A stretch of 47,808 bases of DNA from Candidatus Kapaibacterium sp. (GTDB lineage: Bacteria > Patescibacteriota > Patescibacteriia > UBA9934): contig JBILHA010000001.1 in NCBI GenBank assembly GCA_044350705.1, positions 1-47,808 of the forward strand, written 5' to 3'. Both the position numbers and the translations under genes were made by a program. How positions within the stretch are numbered: position 1 is the first letter of the stretch; every line of letters begins with the position of its first letter. Shown here one piece after another: positions 35,863 through 44,907 of this stretch. The notes under the pieces are model-generated. The model was not told where the DNA came from and did not search any database. It worked only from the letters and a program-made list of their open reading frames with translations.

Positions 35863-37014
35863 TTACGCCTTCTTTTCTTCGGACTTTTCTGCTTTATCAG
35901 CCTTCTTTTTTGTCTCCTTTTCTTCGCGGAGAGAAAGGCCAAGGCGATGTTCGTTCGGTTCGATAGAAACAATGCGGAATTTCATGACGTCTCCTACGGA
36001 GCCTATCGTGGAAGGATCTTCCACGGGCTTGTCGGAAAGTTCAGAAACGTGTGCAAGTCCCTGGATATCGGTATCAAGTTCTACGAAGAAACCGAATGGG
36101 TTTACTTTGATGATCTTTCCTTCTACCCAGTCTCCTGCCTTGAAGCGCTTGGTGACGGTCTTCCAAGGATCGTCCGTAAGCTTCTTCATGGAAAGGAAGA
36201 TCTTGCTTCCTTCAATGCCGATGATTTCTGCTTGTACGTTATCACCGAGCTTGATGACATCCTTTGGATGGTCAATGCGCTGCCACGCGATTTCAGAGAT
36301 GTGTACCAATCCTTCGAGAGGAACGGTGGTGCCGGTAGGGAAGAACTTCACGAATGCGCCGAAGTCTGCAACTGCAGAAACTTCACCTGCAATGACGTCC
36401 CCTACATGGCATTGAGCGATGACGCTCTTTTGCTCCTCTTCCCAGACTGCCTTTTCGGAAACGATGAGTTTTCCATCATCTTCCTGCATGTCGAGGACGC
36501 GTACGCGGAGATCGATTCCGACAAAGCTCTTGAGCTTATCGAAAATCTTTTGTTTGTCGCCTCCTGCAACGCGAGGATAGTGTTCAGGGGCAAGCTGAGA
36601 AACTGGCAAGAATCCCTGCACATTTCCAAGCTTCACAATAAGACCACCCTTGTTTGCATCAGCTACCTTTACGATGATTACTTCACCGGAGGAAGAGAGT
36701 GAGGAGATGTCCTGCCATGCACGCTTTGCGCCGGAGGAACGGAAAGAGAGTTCCACTTCGCCGTTTTCGTTTTCCTCTTCAATGACCGTTGCTTCCACTT
36801 CATCTCCTATGGAGAGATCTTTGGCAAATTCGGATTCATTGCGGAGTTCGCGACCGCGTACAACGCCGACCATCAAGCCTGCGATGTCTATAGTGATTTG
36901 GCGACCTGTCGTGGAAAGTACTTTTCCTTTTACGATTTCGCCCTTCTTAGGAACGGGCAAGAATTCATCTTGGCCCATGAGCTTTTCGAGCTCGTTAACT
37001 GCTGTTTTTGCCAT
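35863..37014 (-). CDS. rpsA: 30S ribosomal protein S1 (four S1 domains, 383 aa).
   Basis: I chose the ATG at 37014 (MAKTAVNELEKLM). Four repeats of the GxxVxGxV...GxxGxxH S1 pattern are followed by a Lys/Glu-rich tail. Confidence 0.88.
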   Translation of the reverse strand: MAKTAVNELEKLMGQDEFLPVPKKGEIVKGKVLSTTGRQITIDIAGLMVGVVRGRELRNESEFAKDLSIGDEVEATVIEEENENGEVELSFRSSGAKRAWQDISSLSSSGEVIIVKVADANKGGLIVKLGNVQGFLPVSQLAPEHYPRVAGGDKQKIFDKLKSFVGIDLRVRVLDMQEDDGKLIVSEKAVWEEEQKSVIAQCHVGDVIAGEVSAVADFGAFVKFFPTGTTVPLEGLVHISEIAWQRIDHPKDVIKLGDNVQAEIIGIEGSKIFLSMKKLTDDPWKTVTKRFKAGDWVEGKIIKVNPFGFFVELDTDIQGLAHVSELSDKPVEDPSTIGSVGDVMKFRIVSIEPNEHRLGLSLREEKETKKKADKAEKSEEKKA

Positions 37015-37190
37015 AAAAAGTTCCTTTCCGCGGCACTTCCGCCAAAGGCGGGCTGCAATGCGAAAAGGCGCTAAGAATAAAAGTGAACCGGGGCAATTGT
37101 AAGGGAACTCGAGAAAAAAGGCAAGAAAATAACAGACCCTGCCCGGAAACGACATGCGCTCCGGGGGAGGGCTGTCGATGGTGGGCAGGG

Positions 37191-37985
37191 CTACGGACGG
37201 ATTTGGAGGTTTTTTTCCTCTTTTTTCCGCCAGAGGTCGAGGAGCGTTGCCCTCATTTTTTCGGCGGGAATGATGGTTCCATTCTCCGCGAATAATGCGG
37301 TGACGTCGCTCCATTCGACTTCTAAGGTCTTGGGCCCGCTCCCGAAGGTGAGATCGAGGATGCGTACACTTCGGTTTTGCACGAGCAGGCCTTTGAGGAG
37401 CGATTCGACGCCTCCTGAACGAGGAACGCAGAGCGTGGTGAGCTTCGCGTTGGGGAATTTTGCTTGATCTCTCCTAATGGCCGCCTTTGAGGGGCGGTGG
37501 GCATCAGGAAAGATAAGCACCGATTCCTCAAGTTCGGTCACGCTCATGCCGAGGATGACCTTGGCTCTTTCTCCCTCTTCCCGGCTAATGAAAACCCCGC
37601 GACCCATGAGGTAGAGCGGTCCTCCTACGAAGATCCCCATCACTCCGCGGAGATTTTCTCTTTTGCTCACGATGGAGGGGTGTAATCCCCACTGCGCGAG
37701 TACTCCCATGAGTGCGGGAGTGTCCGCGAAGGCGGGATGGTTGCAGATGAGGACGGTGACTCCCTCGTAAGGAGGAGGATGCTCAGCGGGAAGGGTGAGC
37801 TTTCTTTTGAGGATGGCCAGATGCCCGATTCTCAGAAGAAGGGTGCCCCAGAGGCCGGGAACTGCTTGTGCGATACGACGGCCTGTAGGAAATATGAGGC
37901 CGACCATGCCACAGAGGAGCGCAAAGCTCCCCAAAGTTCCGGTCACGCTCATGCCGAGGACGAGTGCGAAGAAATTTGCGAACAT
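37191..37985 (-). CDS. plsC: Lysophospholipid (1-acyl-sn-glycerol-3-phosphate) acyltransferase family protein.
   Basis: N-terminal TM, then the NHxxxxD block CNHPAFADT and an FP(D/E)xxR block IFPDAHR. Confidence 0.55.
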   Translation of the reverse strand: MFANFFALVLGMSVTGTLGSFALLCGMVGLIFPTGRRIAQAVPGLWGTLLLRIGHLAILKRKLTLPAEHPPPYEGVTVLICNHPAFADTPALMGVLAQWGLHPSIVSKRENLRGVMGIFVGGPLYLMGRGVFISREEGERAKVILGMSVTELEESVLIFPDAHRPSKAAIRRDQAKFPNAKLTTLCVPRSGGVESLLKGLLVQNRSVRILDLTFGSGPKTLEVEWSDVTALFAENGTIIPAEKMRATLLDLWRKKEEKNLQIRP

Positions 37986-38099
37986 GCGGTCTCCGTGTGC
38001 GCGTTTGCGGCAACATGGTAGCGGATATTAGCGAAGAAATCAATACTTTTTTGTTTTATAGACAGGTGCTACAGACGAGGAGGGAAGGGTTTTGTATTC

Positions 38100-38810
38100 T
38101 TGGGTACGTCTATGTCTCATCCCCATCATTATCTTCTTGAAGAGTACCGTCTCTCTATTGCAAAACTCGTTCCGCTTACTCCTCGAGAAATTACTGAAGA
38201 AGCTCATCGTTTATATGAAGAGCTTTTACAGAATGAGCATGCTACTGAGCGACAAATTCAACAGGCGCTTATTGAAATAGGAAAAAAAGAGTATCCGTAT
38301 CGTAAAGCTTATGAAGCGTTGTGCGCTACTGATGAAGAGAAGCGTTTAGAGGAAGCTGCGTTTTCAAAAATAGATCCTGAGATCGCTGAAAAAATTCGTG
38401 CGGTTACGGCTCATGGCGTGCATCTTACTGATTACGCCAACAGTAAGCTTTTTGAAACTCAGCTGACCTCTGAGGAGCGTTATCGTGTTGAGCGGGCAAT
38501 TCTTGAGGCTCATGACGTGATTAATCGTCAATGTGATGAGCGTGCACATGCTCGTCAGGAGAGCTTTGATGAATTGGTGAAGCAATGGACTGAAAAGCGT
38601 GATGAGATTCAGCGGCTTATTGGTGAAATGCGCAACATGGCAAGTCGGAGTCCAGAGCTTTCAGGAGAAATCTTGGGTAAGGCAGCGGCGTTTGAGGAAG
38701 GGTGGTCTATTGTTTCTCGTGACCCTGGGGAAAAAGAGGTGCGAGAAGCGCTCTCTTCATTCGCCACACAGCTTGAGGAACAATCGGATGACGACATGCT
38801 TACGCTGTGA
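38100..38810 (+). CDS. Hypothetical helical protein (236 aa from the TTG at 38100; alternative ATG at 38112).
   Basis: Long ORF with an acidic C-terminus. No motif recognised. Confidence 0.5.
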   Translation: MGTSMSHPHHYLLEEYRLSIAKLVPLTPREITEEAHRLYEELLQNEHATERQIQQALIEIGKKEYPYRKAYEALCATDEEKRLEEAAFSKIDPEIAEKIRAVTAHGVHLTDYANSKLFETQLTSEERYRVERAILEAHDVINRQCDERAHARQESFDELVKQWTEKRDEIQRLIGEMRNMASRSPELSGEILGKAAAFEEGWSIVSRDPGEKEVREALSSFATQLEEQSDDDMLTL

Positions 38811-38825
38811 TACTCTTCGGACCGT

Positions 38826-39464
38826 ATGCAGATTTCCTGGAATGGTTTGGGATGTTTTTCTCTTGTTGCAAAGTCTGGACAAGGGGAGGTAACCGTGGTG
38901 ACAAATCCTTTTAAGGCGCAGGATGATGTGAAGCTCAAGGGCGGCACGGCGTCAATTCTTGTTCAGTCGCATGAAGGTAAAGATACCGAGAATCTTTCCG
39001 CTTTTTCTTCCGAGCACCCTGAGGAGGGGAGAAAGATTTTTGTCGTGAAGCATGCTGGAGAGTATGAGGTACAGGGAATTTTTGTGATCGGAATTGATGC
39101 GCCAAAAAAAGATGGCACACCTCATGCGGTCTATCGTATTGATGCGGAAGGTATGCATATCGGATTTCTCGGTGCGCTTGATCGTCAACTTTCAGCAAAG
39201 GAGGTGGATGCTCTTGGAACCGTTGATATTCTCCTCGTTCCTGTGGGGGGAAATGGGGTCCTTTCTGCACAGGAAGCCGCGGCAGTTATTGCTCAGGTAG
39301 AGCCTCGCATGGTCATTCCTTCCTATATGGGAACGGGAAATTATGGCTCTGCTGATGTCGTTAAGCGTGAAATTGCCTGTCCTACTGAAGAGACGGCAAA
39401 GCTGAAAATTACCCGTCCACAGTTGCCTGAGGAGGATATGCGCATGGCTATTCTCCAGATATAA
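38826..39464 (+). CDS. MBL-fold (UPF0173/Lactamase_B_3-like) hydrolase-like protein with a degenerate metal motif.
   Basis: The overall pattern MQISWNGLGCF...ILVQSHEGKD...DILLVPVGG resembles the metal-dependent hydrolase family, but the HxHxDH motif is not intact. Confidence 0.5.
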   Translation: MQISWNGLGCFSLVAKSGQGEVTVVTNPFKAQDDVKLKGGTASILVQSHEGKDTENLSAFSSEHPEEGRKIFVVKHAGEYEVQGIFVIGIDAPKKDGTPHAVYRIDAEGMHIGFLGALDRQLSAKEVDALGTVDILLVPVGGNGVLSAQEAAAVIAQVEPRMVIPSYMGTGNYGSADVVKREIACPTEETAKLKITRPQLPEEDMRMAILQI

Positions 39465-39472
39465 CGGCCTTT

Positions 39473-39685
39473 ATGAAGCGCGTGAGTACTGCTCAGAAAA
39501 TTTGGATCATTTTTGGAGTAGTGTGTTTTCTCGCGGTTGTTTTCGCGGTACAGATTTTTCTTACGATGAGACAAAATTATACGAGCGCTGTCTCTCATGA
39601 AGTTACTGAGCGTTCTCGGCTTTTTGCTGAGGAGGTAAAAGAGACATTACAAGAACAGCGTCAATCTTCACCTGATCAACAATAA
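39473..39685 (+). CDS. Hypothetical small membrane protein (70 aa) immediately upstream of gyrA.
   Basis: One TM ([21 protein letters not shown]). It is tightly packed between neighbouring genes. Confidence 0.4.
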   Translation: MKRVSTAQKIWIIFGVVCFLAVVFAVQIFLTMRQNYTSAVSHEVTERSRLFAEEVKETLQEQRQSSPDQQ

Positions 39686-39693
39686 AACGTGGT

Positions 39694-42255
39694 ATGGCTC
39701 AAGACCTTCAATCCGGTTCAGATCTTCTTCCGATGGGTACCATTCTTCAACAAAGTATTACCGACGAGATGCGTCGCGCATATTTAGACTATGCCATGTC
39801 GGTTATTGTTTCTCGCGCCCTTCCTGATGTACGCGATGGAATGAAGCCGGTACATCGACGTATTTTATATGCGATGTGGATGCTTGGGCTTCGTTCCAAT
39901 GCAAAATTCCGTAAGTCCGCAACGATTGTCGGTGAAGTGCTGGGTAAATATCATCCGCACGGAGATCAGTCGGTGTACGATTCTATGGTTCGCATGGCAC
40001 AGGACTTTTCGTATCGATATCCTCTTGTTCACGGACAAGGAAACTTCGGTTCCATGGATGGAGACTCTGCGGCTGCCTACCGTTATACCGAAGCAAAGCT
40101 TTCTTCAATTGCTGAGCAAATGCTCATTGATATTGAAAAGAAAACGGTGGATTTTCGTCCGAACTATGACGGAAGTCATGATGAGCCAACGGTTCTTCCC
40201 TCCAAGCTTCCGAACCTTTTGGTGAACGGCATGCTCGGTATTGCGGTGGGTATGGCAACCAATATTCCTCCACATAACGTGAAGGAGGTATGTTCTGCTG
40301 TTCTGGCGCTTCTTGATGATCCTGAGATTTCTCTTGAAGGCCTTCTTGAGCACATTCCTGGTCCAGATTTTCCTACGGGAGGTATTGTCTATGGCGCGAA
40401 TGATCTCAAGACTGCCTATGCGACGGGTCGAGGAGGGGTGGTCGTACGTGCAAAGGCGGATATTGTTGAAGGAAAGAAGGACATGCACATGATTGTCGTG
40501 ACTGAAGTTCCGTACATGGTGAATAAGGCATCCCTTCTTGAAAAGATTGCTGACCTTGTTCGAGAGAAGAAGATGGATGGTATTCGTGATCTTCGCGATG
40601 AGTCGAACAAAGAAGGTGTTCGTATCGTCATTGAGCTTAAGAAGGATGCATATCCTCGCAAGGTGCTTAACCAACTTTATCAACTCACTCCGCTGCAAAC
40701 CACGTTCCACTATAACGTTCTTGCACTTGTTGATGGTATCCAGCCACGCATTCTTAACCTCAAGCAAGTTCTTGAAGAGCATGTAAAACATCGTAAGGAT
40801 GTTGTTCGTCGTCGTACCGAGTTTGATCTTGAGAAGATCAAAGATCGTTTGCATATTTTGGAGGGTCTTACTATCGCGCTTACGAACATTGATGAGGTCA
40901 TTGCGATTATCAAAAAGTCGACCGATAAGGAAGCTGCTCGTGAGAATCTCATGAAGAAATTTAAGATGAGCGAACGTCAAGCGATCGCCATCTTGGAAAT
41001 GCGTCTTCAGCAACTTGCGAACCTCGAGCGACTGAAGATTGAGCAGGAATACAATGAGAAGATGGCGATCATGCGTGCACTTGAAGAAATTCTCGCTTCG
41101 GAGAAGAAGCTCATTGCGGTGGTCAAGAAGGAGGTTGAAGAGGTTATGGCACAGTATGGCGATGAACGTCGTACAAAGATCGTGAAGTCTGGGGTAAAGG
41201 AATTCTCGATGGAAGACCTTATTCCTGACGTGCAGACGATTGTTCTCATGACCAAGGATGGTTACATCAAGCGCGTTTCTCCTGACGCGTTTGCTCAGCA
41301 GCACCGCGGTGGAAAGGGAGTGATGGGTCTTACTACCAAGGAAGAAGATTCTGTTGAGTCGGTGTACTCCACTTCTACTCACCAGGATATGATGTTCTTT
41401 ACCTCGCGAGGACGCGTTTTCAAGCTGAAGGCATATGAAATTCCTGAAGCATCGCGTACGGCGAAAGGTCAGGCAATCGTGAACTTCTTGAACCTTGGTC
41501 CGGGAGAGAAGGTAACAACCGTACTCTCGGGAGATCTCAAAAAAGAGAAGGCAAAGTTTATCGTCATGGTGACCAATCGCGGCACGATTAAGAAGACCGA
41601 GATTAGCGACTTTGATAACGTTCGAAGCTCGGGCATCATCGCTATTAAGCTTAATGATGGAGATAACTTGCGTTGGGTGCGTACGTCTACTGGAAAGGAT
41701 CACATTGCGCTTGTGACGGCGAATGGCATGTCGATTCGTTTTGCAGAAGATGATGTTCGTGCCATGGGCCGTGTTGCTGCGGGCGTTCGAGGTATTAAGC
41801 TCAAAGGGGAAGATGAGGTTATTGGTATGGATGTCATTACCCCGGAAGATTTGGTGCAAAAGAAGCAGTTACTCATCGTTATGGAGAATGGTTATGGTAA
41901 GCGTACGCCTCTTGATGAATACACCTTGCAGGGAAGAGGGGGTATGGGCATTAAAACTGCCCAAATTACTGCAAAGACCGGGAAGCTCGTTATGGGTACG
42001 GTGATGGCAAAGGATGATGTGCGTGATTTGCTCGCAGTTTCTGTTGCCGGACAGGTGATTCGTACTCCTGCGACCTCGGTTTCTGAGTTGGGACGCGCTA
42101 CGCAGGGCGTAAAGGTCATGCGGTTTAAGACTGCTGATGATTGTGTGGCTACTGCTACCTTGGTAGGGGGTGGGGACTCGCTTGCCGAGCTCGTTGCAGA
42201 GGTAGAAGAGGGGGAAGAACAGCCGAAGCAGAAAATGAAGTCTAAAAAGGCATAA
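39694..42255 (+). CDS. gyrA: DNA gyrase subunit A.
   Basis: [59 protein letters not shown] and C-terminal beta-pinwheel repeats. Confidence 0.97.
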   Translation: MAQDLQSGSDLLPMGTILQQSITDEMRRAYLDYAMSVIVSRALPDVRDGMKPVHRRILYAMWMLGLRSNAKFRKSATIVGEVLGKYHPHGDQSVYDSMVRMAQDFSYRYPLVHGQGNFGSMDGDSAAAYRYTEAKLSSIAEQMLIDIEKKTVDFRPNYDGSHDEPTVLPSKLPNLLVNGMLGIAVGMATNIPPHNVKEVCSAVLALLDDPEISLEGLLEHIPGPDFPTGGIVYGANDLKTAYATGRGGVVVRAKADIVEGKKDMHMIVVTEVPYMVNKASLLEKIADLVREKKMDGIRDLRDESNKEGVRIVIELKKDAYPRKVLNQLYQLTPLQTTFHYNVLALVDGIQPRILNLKQVLEEHVKHRKDVVRRRTEFDLEKIKDRLHILEGLTIALTNIDEVIAIIKKSTDKEAARENLMKKFKMSERQAIAILEMRLQQLANLERLKIEQEYNEKMAIMRALEEILASEKKLIAVVKKEVEEVMAQYGDERRTKIVKSGVKEFSMEDLIPDVQTIVLMTKDGYIKRVSPDAFAQQHRGGKGVMGLTTKEEDSVESVYSTSTHQDMMFFTSRGRVFKLKAYEIPEASRTAKGQAIVNFLNLGPGEKVTTVLSGDLKKEKAKFIVMVTNRGTIKKTEISDFDNVRSSGIIAIKLNDGDNLRWVRTSTGKDHIALVTANGMSIRFAEDDVRAMGRVAAGVRGIKLKGEDEVIGMDVITPEDLVQKKQLLIVMENGYGKRTPLDEYTLQGRGGMGIKTAQITAKTGKLVMGTVMAKDDVRDLLAVSVAGQVIRTPATSVSELGRATQGVKVMRFKTADDCVATATLVGGGDSLAELVAEVEEGEEQPKQKMKSKKA

Positions 42256-42321
42256 ATTCTCGAATAGCGGGATATTTTATGCCGCAGGGGTTGCTCGAGT
42301 GGGCGGCCCCTGTTTCTTTTC

Positions 42322-42350
42322 TTGACGTACCTCGCCAATTTCGCTACTAT
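42322..42350 (+). promoter_or_regulatory. Candidate rpmF promoter.
   Basis: TTGACG (42322-42327), N17, TACTAT (42345-42350), 22 nt before the ATG. Confidence 0.45.
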
Positions 42351-42372
42351 TTGCGCATTCTTTTATCTTTGT

Positions 42373-42702
42373 ATGCCATTGCCCTCATTTCGTAACTCTC
42401 GTTCTAAAGTTCGTCGTCGCCGCGCGCACCATGCGCTCAAGGCTACCGCAAACGTAGGATGTGCCAACTGTGGTGCTCCTATTCTTCCTCACCGTGCATG
42501 TAAAGCTTGTGGTTTTTATAAGGGCCGCAATGTTCGCGGTGCGTCCGTCGCAAAAGCTGAAAAAGTTGTTGCAAAGGCGACCAAGAAGACGGTTGCTTCA
42601 AAAGCTATTGAGGCTTCTTCTACGGAAGCTGCAAAGGCAAAGAAGCCTGCGGCAAAGCGCGCACCTCGCAAGACTGCAAAGAAAGCTGAAGCTGCTGAGT
42701 AA
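42373..42702 (+). CDS. rpmF: 50S ribosomal protein L32 with a Lys/Ala-rich C-terminal extension of about 50 aa.
   Basis: MPLPSFRNSRSKVRRRRAHHALKA...CANCG...CKACGFYKGR, followed by an AKKA-type tail. I chose the ATG at 42373. Confidence 0.88.
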   Translation: MPLPSFRNSRSKVRRRRAHHALKATANVGCANCGAPILPHRACKACGFYKGRNVRGASVAKAEKVVAKATKKTVASKAIEASSTEAAKAKKPAAKRAPRKTAKKAEAAE

Positions 42703-42789
42703 AGACACAAAAGTCGCTTTTCACCAAAGCGACTTTTGTTTTTCCTTCTCATCCAGTATTCTCTGAGAGTTGTTCCTTATCCTTTTTCT

Positions 42790-43290
42790 ATGTCTAATCG
42801 TCACTTAGCGCGGACTATGGCAATGCAAGCCCTGTATGAATGGGACTTTCGAGGCCAAGATACTGCGCGTTTATCTGAGATCCTTTCGTTTGTTCAGCAG
42901 GAGTTCGGCAAGTCGCTCGACGACGACGGCTATGTTGCAAAACAAGTACACGGCGTGGTGGAGCGAATCGCGGATATTGATGAAAAGCTTAATGCTTTTT
43001 CTCCTAACTGGTCGGTCGAAGCCATGACCGCTATTGATCGCAACGTTTTGCGATTAGGCGCGTATGAGCTTTTATACGATGAGAGTATTCCTTCGCGTGT
43101 TGCGATCAATGAATCCATAGAGCTCGGAAAAGTTTTTGGGGGTGAGGCATCGGGAAAGTTTGTTAATGGTGTGCTCGGTGCTCTTTATAAAGATCGTATT
43201 GCGCAAGGTGTTGAAAAGACGATAGATGTTCAGGAGCAGCTCGATAAAAAGGAAGGTGGTCCAGAAGAATCTTCAGGTTTACAAAAGTAA
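42790..43290 (+). CDS. nusB: Transcription antitermination factor NusB.
   Basis: MSNRHLARTMAMQALYEWDF...AIDRNVLRLGAYELLY...INESIELGKVFGG...FVNGVLG. Confidence 0.9.
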   Translation: MSNRHLARTMAMQALYEWDFRGQDTARLSEILSFVQQEFGKSLDDDGYVAKQVHGVVERIADIDEKLNAFSPNWSVEAMTAIDRNVLRLGAYELLYDESIPSRVAINESIELGKVFGGEASGKFVNGVLGALYKDRIAQGVEKTIDVQEQLDKKEGGPEESSGLQK

Positions 43291-43292
43291 GT

Positions 43293-43985
43293 ATGGAGCG
43301 AGATATTGCCGCATTGGCTGCCTTGTTGGGGGTTTCTTATTTGCCGGAAGGGCATTTGGAGCAAGCGGTTGTACACCGCTCGTATTTAAATGAGCACCCA
43401 AATTTTCCTTTGGGACATAATGAGCGTCTAGAGTTTTTAGGTGATGCGGTTTTGGAGCTCGTGGTTACCGAGCATTTGTATGCTCACTATGGTAATCCTG
43501 AAGGAGAGCTCACGACGTGGCGTTCCGCTTTAGTAAACGGCGATAGTCTCGCTGATGTCGCGAAAGAATTGGGAGTAGAGAAATACCTCTATCTTTCTCG
43601 GGGTGAGGAGAAGGATGCGAATACCAAGGCACGTCGTTATATTCTCGCGAATGCTACTGAGGCGATTATTGGCGCTTTGTATTTGGATTACGGCTGGGAG
43701 ACTGCTAAGGAATTTGTTACCAAGCACGTTCTCGTGAAGCTTCCTGAGATTTTAGAAAAACGTTTGTATATTGATCCGAAGAGTCGCTTTCAAGAAGCTG
43801 CGCAGTCTAAGTTGGGACTTACTCCTACATATAAAGTGTTAGAGGAAACGGGGCCTGATCATGAAAAGCATTTTCGTATGGGAGTCTATTTAGGAAAAGA
43901 GCTTATTGCAGAGGGTACGGGCACGAGCAAACAAGAGGCGCAGATTTCTGCAGCTGAAGCAGGGCTGCAGGCAAAGAATTGGTAA
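43293..43985 (+). CDS. rnc: Ribonuclease III.
   Basis: Signature NERLEFLGDAVLELVV followed by a C-terminal dsRBD. Confidence 0.95.
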   Translation: MERDIAALAALLGVSYLPEGHLEQAVVHRSYLNEHPNFPLGHNERLEFLGDAVLELVVTEHLYAHYGNPEGELTTWRSALVNGDSLADVAKELGVEKYLYLSRGEEKDANTKARRYILANATEAIIGALYLDYGWETAKEFVTKHVLVKLPEILEKRLYIDPKSRFQEAAQSKLGLTPTYKVLEETGPDHEKHFRMGVYLGKELIAEGTGTSKQEAQISAAEAGLQAKNW

Positions 43986-44002
43986 AAAAGATATTTTGCT
44001 AA

Positions 44003-44033
44003 CATAAATCCGACCTTGCAGGTCGGATTTATG
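44003..44033. terminator. Hairpin between the convergent rnc and tRNA-Lys genes.
   Basis: CATAAATCCGACC-ttgca-GGTCGGATTTATG, a 13-bp stem with weak U-tracts. Confidence 0.5.
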
Positions 44034-44108
44034 TGGTGGACCGGGTGGGGATCGAACCCACGACCAATTGATTAAGAGTCAACTGCTCTACCGCTGAGCT
44101 ACCGATCC
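44034..44108 (-). tRNA. tRNA-Lys (CUU), CCA encoded.
   Basis: The reverse complement is GGATCGGTAGCTCAGCGGTAGAGCAGTTGACTCTTAATCAATTGGTCGTGGGTTCGATCCCCACCCGGTCCACCA, with anticodon loop CT-CTT-AA. Confidence 0.93.
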
Positions 44109-44139
44109 ATTTGGAACGATGGATAGTATGCCAAAATTG

Positions 44140-44168
44140 TTGACCATCGTCAACGGTGAGATTATACT
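44140..44168 (+). promoter_or_regulatory. Candidate promoter for tRNA-Arg.
   Basis: TTGACC (44140-44145), N17, TATACT (44163-44168), 17 nt before the tRNA 5' end. Confidence 0.5.
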
Positions 44169-44185
44169 GTATCCGTCCTCAAGAG

Positions 44186-44262
44186 GCGGTGTTAGCTCAG
44201 CTGGATAGAGCGTCTGGCTTCGAACCAGAAGGCCGGGGGTTCGAATCCCTCACATCGCACCA
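44186..44262 (+). tRNA. tRNA-Arg (UCG), CCA encoded.
   Basis: GCGGTGTTAGCTCAGCTGGATAGAGCGTCTGGCTTCGAACCAGAAGGCCGGGGGTTCGAATCCCTCACATCGCACCA, with anticodon loop CT-TCG-AA. Confidence 0.92.
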
Positions 44263-44263
44263 T

Positions 44264-44296
44264 AAAATTAGCTCGTAGAGAGCTAATTTTATTTTT
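44264..44296 (+). terminator. Terminator after tRNA-Arg.
   Basis: AAAATTAGCTC-gtaga-GAGCTAATTTT, followed by ATTTTT. Confidence 0.65.
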
Positions 44297-44319
44297 CGTG
44301 GTATATACTATAGAGCAAT

Positions 44320-44523
44320 ATGTCCATGCTTCTTCTTATTGGGATCGTGATGATGGGTCTTCCGGCGCTCCTTATTTTTGGTTTCGCCGCATATATCTTT
44401 TTAGGTTTTGTTAATGATGATAAAGACGCAAAGGCGATCTTCAATCTTGCGCTTCTTATCATGGCGGTTGGATTTTTCTTTATTGTAGGGCACTTGGTAG
44501 GGACGTACGTGAGTATCACTTAA
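44320..44523 (+). CDS. Hypothetical small two-TM membrane protein (67 aa).
   Basis: MSMLLLIGIVMMGLPALLIFGFAAYIFLGF...LALLIMAVGFFFIVGHLVG. A hairpin terminator follows. Confidence 0.4.
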   Translation: MSMLLLIGIVMMGLPALLIFGFAAYIFLGFVNDDKDAKAIFNLALLIMAVGFFFIVGHLVGTYVSIT

Positions 44524-44542
44524 GAAGGCTGCAGAATCTCGT

Positions 44543-44580
44543 AAAAGAAAATCACCGCATTATGCGGTGATTTTCTTTTT
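44543..44580. terminator. Bidirectional hairpin between the small membrane ORF (+) and hup (-).
   Basis: GAAAATCACCGCA-tta-TGCGGTGATTTTC. The loop TTA is the hup stop codon on the other strand. Confidence 0.6.
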
Positions 44581-44850
44581 CAGTGCGTCTTTTAGCGCTT
44601 TTCCTGCTTTGAATTTCGGTACCCGTACTTCTGGAACTTGTATTTTTTCTTGTGGCTTACGAGGATTTACTCCCATGCGAGCGGTGCGGGTACGTGCAGA
44701 GAAGGTTCCAAATCCTGCAATGGTTACCTCATCTCCATCTTGCAGAGAACGCGTTACCAATTCTTCAAAGTATTCAATGAAGTCTTCCGCGACTTTTTTG
44801 GGAATACTCATGCGGTCTGCAAGCTTCAGTGCGAGTTCTGCTTTATTCAT
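44560..44850 (-). CDS. hup: HU-family nucleoid DNA-binding protein.
   Basis: MNKAELALKLADR...VTIAGFGTFSARTRTARMGVNPRKPQEKIQVPEVRVPKFKAGKALKDAL. Confidence 0.95.
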   Translation of the reverse strand: MNKAELALKLADRMSIPKKVAEDFIEYFEELVTRSLQDGDEVTIAGFGTFSARTRTARMGVNPRKPQEKIQVPEVRVPKFKAGKALKDALKKKITA

Positions 44851-44907
44851 AGAAAGAGAGGAAAGAATGGGCTGATATTAGCCAAGTATTTTCTCTCTGT
44901 CAAGCTT

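Noticed and set aside
35701-36702. 333-aa plus-strand ORF, and 185 aa at 35858..36415, overlapping rpsA and the ftsH start.
   Set aside because: It is a shadow ORF in codon register with rpsA. The minus-strand S1 domains are clearly real.
40105-41859. 584-aa ORF antisense to gyrA.
   Set aside because: It is exactly codon-aligned with gyrA, so it stays open only because gyrA lacks TTA, CTA and TCA codons. The sequence is low-complexity with no motif, while gyrA on the other strand is unambiguous.
44109-44185. Possible small gene or RNA between the divergent tRNA-Lys and tRNA-Arg genes.
   Set aside because: The 77 nt are fully accounted for by two back-to-back promoter-like elements: TTGACC-N17-TATACT on the plus strand and TTGACG-N19-TACTAT on the minus strand.
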